Shown: positions 28,264 to 32,000 of the stretch, in pieces
Numbering within the stretch: the first letter of the stretch is position 1
How the letters are laid out: every line of letters begins with the position of its first letter
NCBI RefSeq assembly: GCF_002075285.3
Contig: NZ_CP021983.2
Location: 3,720,001-3,752,000 of the forward strand
DNA from: Halomicronema hongdechloris C2206
GTDB taxonomy: Bacteria; Cyanobacteriota; Cyanobacteriia; Phormidesmidales; Phormidesmidaceae
Direction of reading: 5' to 3'
DNA length: 32,000 nucleotides
Program-made: the position numbers and the translations under genes
Notes under the pieces: model-generated
Databases searched by the model: none
Told to the model about the DNA's origin: nothing
The model's input: the letters and a program-made list of their open reading frames with translations, nothing else

Positions 28264-28559
28264 GAACCCAGTTTGCTGAACACTCCCCAGTCAGTTCCCC
28301 CACTGGTGAACCCAATTCCCCCAGCCACGAACCCAGCTTCACCACTCACGAACCCAGTTCCACTGCTAGCGAACCCAGTTCCCCCACTGGCGAACCCAGC
28401 TTCACCGCTGGCGAACCCAATTCCCCCAGCCACGAACCCAATTCCCCCAGCCACGAACCCAGCTTCACCACTCACGAACCCAGTTCCACTGCTAGCGAAC
28501 CCAGTTCCCCCACTGGCGAACCCAGTTCCCCCACTGGCGAACCCAGTTCCCCCACTCAC
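28264..28559. repeat. 21-bp tandem repeat array: 12 clean units (28308-28559) plus about 2 degenerate leading units, with an exact 84-bp higher-order duplication
   Basis: The units begin with gaaccca. Types are A gaacccaattcccccagccac, B gaacccagcttcaccactcac, C gaacccagttccactgctagc and D gaacccagttcccccactggc. The order is A B C D B' A A B C D D D'. The block A-B-C-D at 28308-28391 is repeated exactly at 28434-28517 (126-bp offset). Confidence 0.95.
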
Positions 28560-29081
28560 GCAGTCAGGTCCATCACTCACGACATTGACTTACAAAAAAT
28601 TTCAATCGGGTGTAGTACAGCCCGAAGATCCCCCCACCTCCCTCTGGCCAGGAAGGCACAGCACGAAGCTTGATCCGCAAGCAGCTGGGAGAATACACTC
28701 TGAACAACAATGCCATCAAGAGCAATGGCTGAACTGCTGCCGCTTTGTGACCTACTCAACGCCGAATTCCAGGGTGAATGGTGAGCGGACCTGGCAACGA
28801 TTACCGGGCCGCGATCGCATCAGCAGATCGCAACGCTCGTCGATGGCTTGGCCTGGGAAGACCTGGGACAGGAAATTCGGGGGGCTCTCCAATTGTGTCG
28901 TGTATGACTGGGATTCCTTATTTGCTGCCTCCGAAGCTGAAATGGTGGGACGCGCGGCAGCTCAGGTCACCGCCCAGTGGGATACCTTCACGTAGCTAAA
29001 TCAAGCACAGCTCTCCGTTCGTTTTTCCATCTGCCTTTCGCTGCGATCGCAACTAGGGATTAACCCTCATCTCCGGCTATC

Positions 29082-29282
29082 ATGCCAACCAGCGCCGATC
29101 TGCCGCTGCAAGACAACGATCGCCCCGCCATCGAGGCAGCCATTGAACTACTGCCCAATCAGTTTCCGGTAGAGCAGGTGATCCTCTACGGCTCCAACGT
29201 CTCCGGGCAAGATACCGACGAGTCCGACATCGACCTACTCGTTCTGACTCGGCCGGTGTGCATTGAGTATATAAACGATTGA
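29082..29282 (+). pseudogene. MNT-type nucleotidyltransferase, 3'-truncated
   Basis: LYGSNVSGQDTDESDIDLLVLTRP carries the GSxxxG...DxD NTase motif. The ORF ends after 66 aa, whereas family members here are 109-122 aa, and no HEPN partner follows. Confidence 0.62.
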
Positions 29283-29290
29283 GTCATCCT

Positions 29291-29363
29291 ACTAAAGGAT
29301 GCACGGCTCACACTAAAGGATGCAGCGATCGCATCGAAGGTGACGGCGATCGCATCGAAGGTG
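29291..29363. repeat. Two adjacent short tandem duplications, the second built around HIP1 sites
   Basis: actaaaggatgca occurs at 29291-29303 and 29312-29324 (21-bp period). gcgatcgcatcgaaggtg occurs at 29325-29342 and 29346-29363 (21-bp period). Confidence 0.75.
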
Positions 29364-29552
29364 TCGGCGTTACCTTAAAGCATGTACCCGTCACAGCAAC
29401 CCATCAGCCCTCCAACTCACCGTTGTCGGCCAACCTGTCAAGGATTGGCAACTCGCTGCAGAGACCCATGGGGTGTGGACGGACATCCACCGACCAGGCG
29501 TGTTTAATGGAAAAGACTTGGTGAATTAGGCCAGCTGGCTATCGCCGAGCCG

Positions 29553-30290
29553 ATGGCCAATCCCTACGTCGCTGGCAACCCGGTCTCGGGGGAGTTATTC
29601 GTGGGGCGCGAGGAGATTTTGCGGGAGCTAGAGGAACTGTGACTGCGACCAGGGCAGACGGACTCGGTGCTGCTGTACGGCCATCGCCGCATGGGCAAGA
29701 AAACCCGCGACTATTGGAACCCGCTGTTTGGCAGCATCAAGCCTCGCAAGGTCAGCTTTCTGACGCCCCCCGCTACCCGGCGACTACTGACCCAACCCTG
29801 CCTAGATTTTCCCCTCGACTATACCCAAGACACCCTCGACGAAATCGTGCGGCTGACCGCGGGGCAACCCTACCTGGTGCAGCTGATCGGCCAAAATTTG
29901 GTGGCACAGTTTAACCATCAGGTGTTTGAAGCCGGGCAGGACCCCAACCGCCCCATCGCCATGGCCGATCTACAGGCCGTCATTCAGTCTCCGGAGTTTT
30001 TCCAAGATGGGGGGGCTTACTTCACCGGGATCTGGCGCCAGGCGGAAGACAGCAGCCTTGCGGGGCAGCCCGAGATTTTGTTCCAGCTTTGCCAACGCGA
30101 TCTCTCTGTCTCGGAGCTGGTTGAGGCCACTGGCCTGGCCCACCAGCAAGTCGAGGCTGCGCTTGCAACCTTGATCTCCCACGATGTGATTCATGCCACC
30201 GCAGCCGGGCGCTATGCCTTTACTGTGGAACTGATGCGCCGGTGGGTGCAGCGACGCCTAAGGAGAATTCTGGGAAAGAAAATGCCTTGA
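29553..30290 (+). pseudogene. AAA-type ATPase (archaeal-ATPase-like ATP-binding protein) with premature stop and internal deletion
   Basis: ATG 29553 gives MANPYVAGNPVSGELFVGREEILRELEEL, then in-frame TGA at 29640-29642 where this family has Trp. It continues LRPGQTDSVLLYGHRRMGKK (Walker A) and jumps directly to YWNPLFGSIKPRKVSFLTPP...TAGQPYLVQLIGQNLV. That skips the roughly 150 aa between Walker A and the C-terminal region. Confidence 0.68.
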
Positions 30291-30507
30291 GCGCAGGGCC
30301 TGCACCCTTGGGTAACAGCCCATAAAATGGGTAATTTTGTTTCCAGAGATCTTCTAAATGCTTAGACCTTTCAGAGCGATGACTACGACCATTGGCGGCT
30401 GGCAACCTAACGCCAACGCCGTGAACTAGTGTCTTAGAACTGGGATAGAGGTGTGGTGATGGTGCAGACGGTCTCGATTGAGCAACTGACCCTGTAGTAG
30501 CGTTGGC

Positions 30508-30918
30508 CTATGTCCCCTGGCATACTAACACCACCAGCCAGAGGTTGTCCTGCAGGGTCAGGGCATCAATGCGCCCCTCCAGCACCGTGGGGCCTTCCTC
30601 TGTGTCTGTTTCCAGGGCCAAGCGCATCCACTGTTCGCCCCGAATGCGGTAAGGGGGGTCGCACAGGCCCAGGGTATCCAGCAGCGGCGACACCATGATG
30701 ATGTTCGCCGTCCCCTCGCTGATTTCGCCGTCTTCCAGGTAGTAGAGGTAGCGGTCTCTCAGATGGTCCAGCTCCGCCACTTCCACCGCCGTTAGCTGCG
30801 GCAGGGTGTCACGCCATTCGGCACAAAACGGCTCATCCGTTGCCCGGCTCAGGTTGAAGCGTTCGTGGGCTTCCCGCAGGGTGGTGATGGCTTGGGTCAC
30901 TGCAATTGTCGTCACCAT
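30508..30918 (-). pseudogene. Restriction-endonuclease-like cyanobacterial family protein, C-terminally truncated
   Basis: GGAGG Shine-Dalgarno 11 nt upstream. TLREAHERFNL....DEPFCAEW...LP.L, IIMVSPLLDTLGL..PPY.IR.E, LEGRIDALTLQDNLWLVVL follow a roughly 230-aa family that continues ESKR... after LWxxVxE. Here the ORF stops (LVCQGT*). A possible continuation (NYPFYGLLPKG) lies out of frame in ORF 30220-30405. Confidence 0.45.
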
Positions 30919-30925
30919 TGTGTCG

Positions 30926-31072
30926 CTAACCTCCTACGCCTGCCGCTCTAGGCACCTTAAACTTCAGCTTATCCCGCCTGTCCCCCAGCTCCACAATGCC
31001 CTGGGTCACTGCCCGAGGGGTGTAGTATTCCCCCGTCGAGTTGGGGGACCCCAGTAGGTAGCCTTGATCACG
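30926..31072 (-). pseudogene. Short fragment of an N6-adenine DNA methyltransferase (type I HsdM-like)
   Basis: The minus strand reads QGYLLGSPNSTGEYYTPRAVTQGIVEL, containing the diagnostic GE(F/Y)YTPR motif and the upstream (Y)EYLL-like block. It has no start, the similarity is lost after VEL, and a stop lies at 30926-30928. Confidence 0.4.
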
Positions 31073-31327
31073 TCAGTGCTCTCTGGCAGCAGCACCCCTA
31101 GGCCGACTCCCTGGAGAATCAGGCTGCGGGCGATGGTGACATAGTGGCGCAGCAGATGCAGCCAGGAAAGGCTACGAACAGGAAAGGCTGCGAAAGCAGG
31201 GGGCCTTGCTCTCAATCGGTGCGAGCGTCGCACCTAAGCGGTATCCCCATACCACGTTAAGATTCACCATAATCCTATCAACCGTTGAGGAGGGAGAAGT
31301 CATGATGGAAAGCGTTAGGTACTTGAC

Positions 31328-31657
31328 ATGATTCCTTTCAGCCAAATTCAAGCCTTTAGTCAACAGATCGCTGAAAGATTTGAACCAGAGCGAATTATTT
31401 TGTTTGGATCTTATGCCTGTGGAGAACCAAATAAAAATTCCGATGTTGATTTACTGGTGATTTTGCCCTTTGAAGAATTACCTGTGCACAAGGCCATTGA
31501 AATTCGGCAACGCGTTCCTGCCACTTTTCCGCTAGATCTTATTGCCAGAACTCCTGAGCAAATTCAACAGCGTTTGGAGATGGGAGATTTTTTCATTCAA
31601 GACATCTTGAACAATGGTCAGGTTCTCTATGAAGCCCATCATTCAAGAATGGATTAA
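31328..31657 (+). CDS. MNT-type nucleotidyltransferase domain protein (antitoxin of an MNT-HEPN pair)
   Basis: ILFGSYACGEPNKNSDVDLLVILP NTase motif. 109 aa. Its 3' end overlaps the start of a HEPN-like frame. AT-richer than the surrounding DNA. Confidence 0.85.
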   Translation: MIPFSQIQAFSQQIAERFEPERIILFGSYACGEPNKNSDVDLLVILPFEELPVHKAIEIRQRVPATFPLDLIARTPEQIQQRLEMGDFFIQDILNNGQVLYEAHHSRMD

Positions 31658-31736
31658 CAAGGCCGAAGCCGATTTTGCAACGGCCCAGCGTGAATCACAA
31701 GTCACCCAAACACCTAACTATAGCAATCCCAGTTGA
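31629..31736 (+). pseudogene. HEPN-domain gene truncated after about 31 codons
   Basis: MKPIIQEWINKAEADFATAQRESQVTQTPNY matches the usual HEPN N-terminus (EWI.KAE.DL..A......PNYD..CFHAQQ). It diverges after PNY at about 31721 and stops at 31734-31736. The divergence point coincides with the end of the IS630-like sequence. Confidence 0.6.
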
Positions 31737-32000
31737 TTTATGAACAAGGTGAATATTCTTCTATTTTAGAAAAATCGAACTTTTGATGATCTATAAAGAA
31801 CTCAAACAGATACTTTACAGCGGGGAAAGAACGACACAACCTCCAAAATCTTCTCAATGAATTTTTGGCTTGTAACCAAACATCTTCCACTGGATTTTGT
31901 TCTGGTGAATTGGGTGCAAATAGAATACATTTGAATTGCCATTCTGTCTCTTCCTTCCCATGATTGACTGTAGCTAAAAAATCTTTGATCTCTTGTGACT
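31722..32000 (-). mobile_element. IS630-family element, partial at the window edge (transposase C-terminus 31738-32000, minus strand)
   Basis: The minus-strand frame is open to the window end: ...KCILFAPNSPEQNPVEDVWLQAKNSLRRFWRLCRSFPAVKYLFEFFIDHQKFDFSKIEEYSPCS*, with the stop at 31738-31740. SPEQNPVE..W is the third catalytic-residue block of IS630/Tc1-type DDE transposases. The region is AT-rich. It is absent from the ORF track because no start lies inside the window. Confidence 0.68.

Noticed and set aside
28264-28559. The 21-bp repeat array as a CRISPR array
   Set aside because: The units are directly contiguous with no spacers. The unit length is shorter than CRISPR repeats, and no cas genes are adjacent.
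28194-28995. ORFs 28273-28995 (+, 240 aa, Pro-rich) and 28194-28580 (-, 128 aa, Gly-rich) as real proteins
   Set aside because: Both are held open mainly by the in-frame 21-bp repeat, and four of six frames are open across it. Both need non-ATG starts. The non-repeat part of the plus ORF looks like off-frame sequence. The exception is a short ...VVYDWDSLFAASEAEMVGRAAAQ stretch near 28900-28970, which may be a phosphotransferase-family remnant that I cannot verify.
29279-29524. 81-aa ORF following the truncated MNT gene
   Set aside because: It has a TTG start, and its first third is made of the short tandem duplications. It has no HEPN-like helices or other motif.

Overview
This is a cyanobacterial chromosomal segment. 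NDH-1 ndhB is present, and the HIP1 octamer GCGATCGC occurs at least 19 times by eye against about 0.5 expected by chance. All protein identifications rest on motifs I recognise by reading; no database search was possible.

The window has two parts.

(1) Positions 1-21,600 hold mostly intact housekeeping, metabolic and signalling genes:
- ndhB (5'-partial), a HAMP histidine kinase, a Ser/Thr kinase, an alpha/beta hydrolase and trmFO.
- An anaerobic pyruvate formate-lyase cluster, pflB - MDR oxidoreductase - pflA. A frameshifted IS5-family element sits just beyond an AT-rich region upstream of pflB.
- DUF4186, a UbiA-type prenyltransferase, a GAF protein with a Cys-rich C-terminal module, gamma-glutamyltransferase and a carotenoid cleavage oxygenase.
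- A SpeD/AdoMetDC-like small protein.
- A MocR-type regulator divergent from a PNPOx-family gene, a GGCT-like gene and a frameshifted RidA gene. Visible repeat operators lie in the divergent intergenic region.

(2) Positions 21,600-32,000 hold an accessory island packed with toxin-antitoxin, defence-type and mobile modules, many of them decayed:
- A tightly overlapped Uma2-MNT-HEPN-ORF121 cassette.
- Intact HigA next to an internally deleted HigB-like toxin.
- An unknown 161-aa gene and a MITE-like structured repeat element abutting a helicase-like fragment.
- A BrnT/antitoxin pair.
- An IS66-family element with terminal inverted repeats but a damaged transposase.
- A small antitoxin-like ORF whose partner is replaced by a 21-bp tandem-repeat array (12 clean units with an exact 84-bp higher-order duplication).
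- A truncated MNT, and an AAA ATPase pseudogene (TGG to TGA plus an internal deletion).
- Fragments of an hsdM-like methylase, a restriction-endonuclease-like family and an ABC-2 permease.
- A second MNT-HEPN pair whose HEPN is cut by an IS630-family element running off the window.

No rRNA, tRNA or CRISPR array was found. I see no complete, recognisable novel multi-gene system. The most interesting candidates are the Uma2-MNT-HEPN-ORF121 cassette, the 21-bp repeat array, the MITE-like element and the MocR/SpeD-like metabolic cluster.
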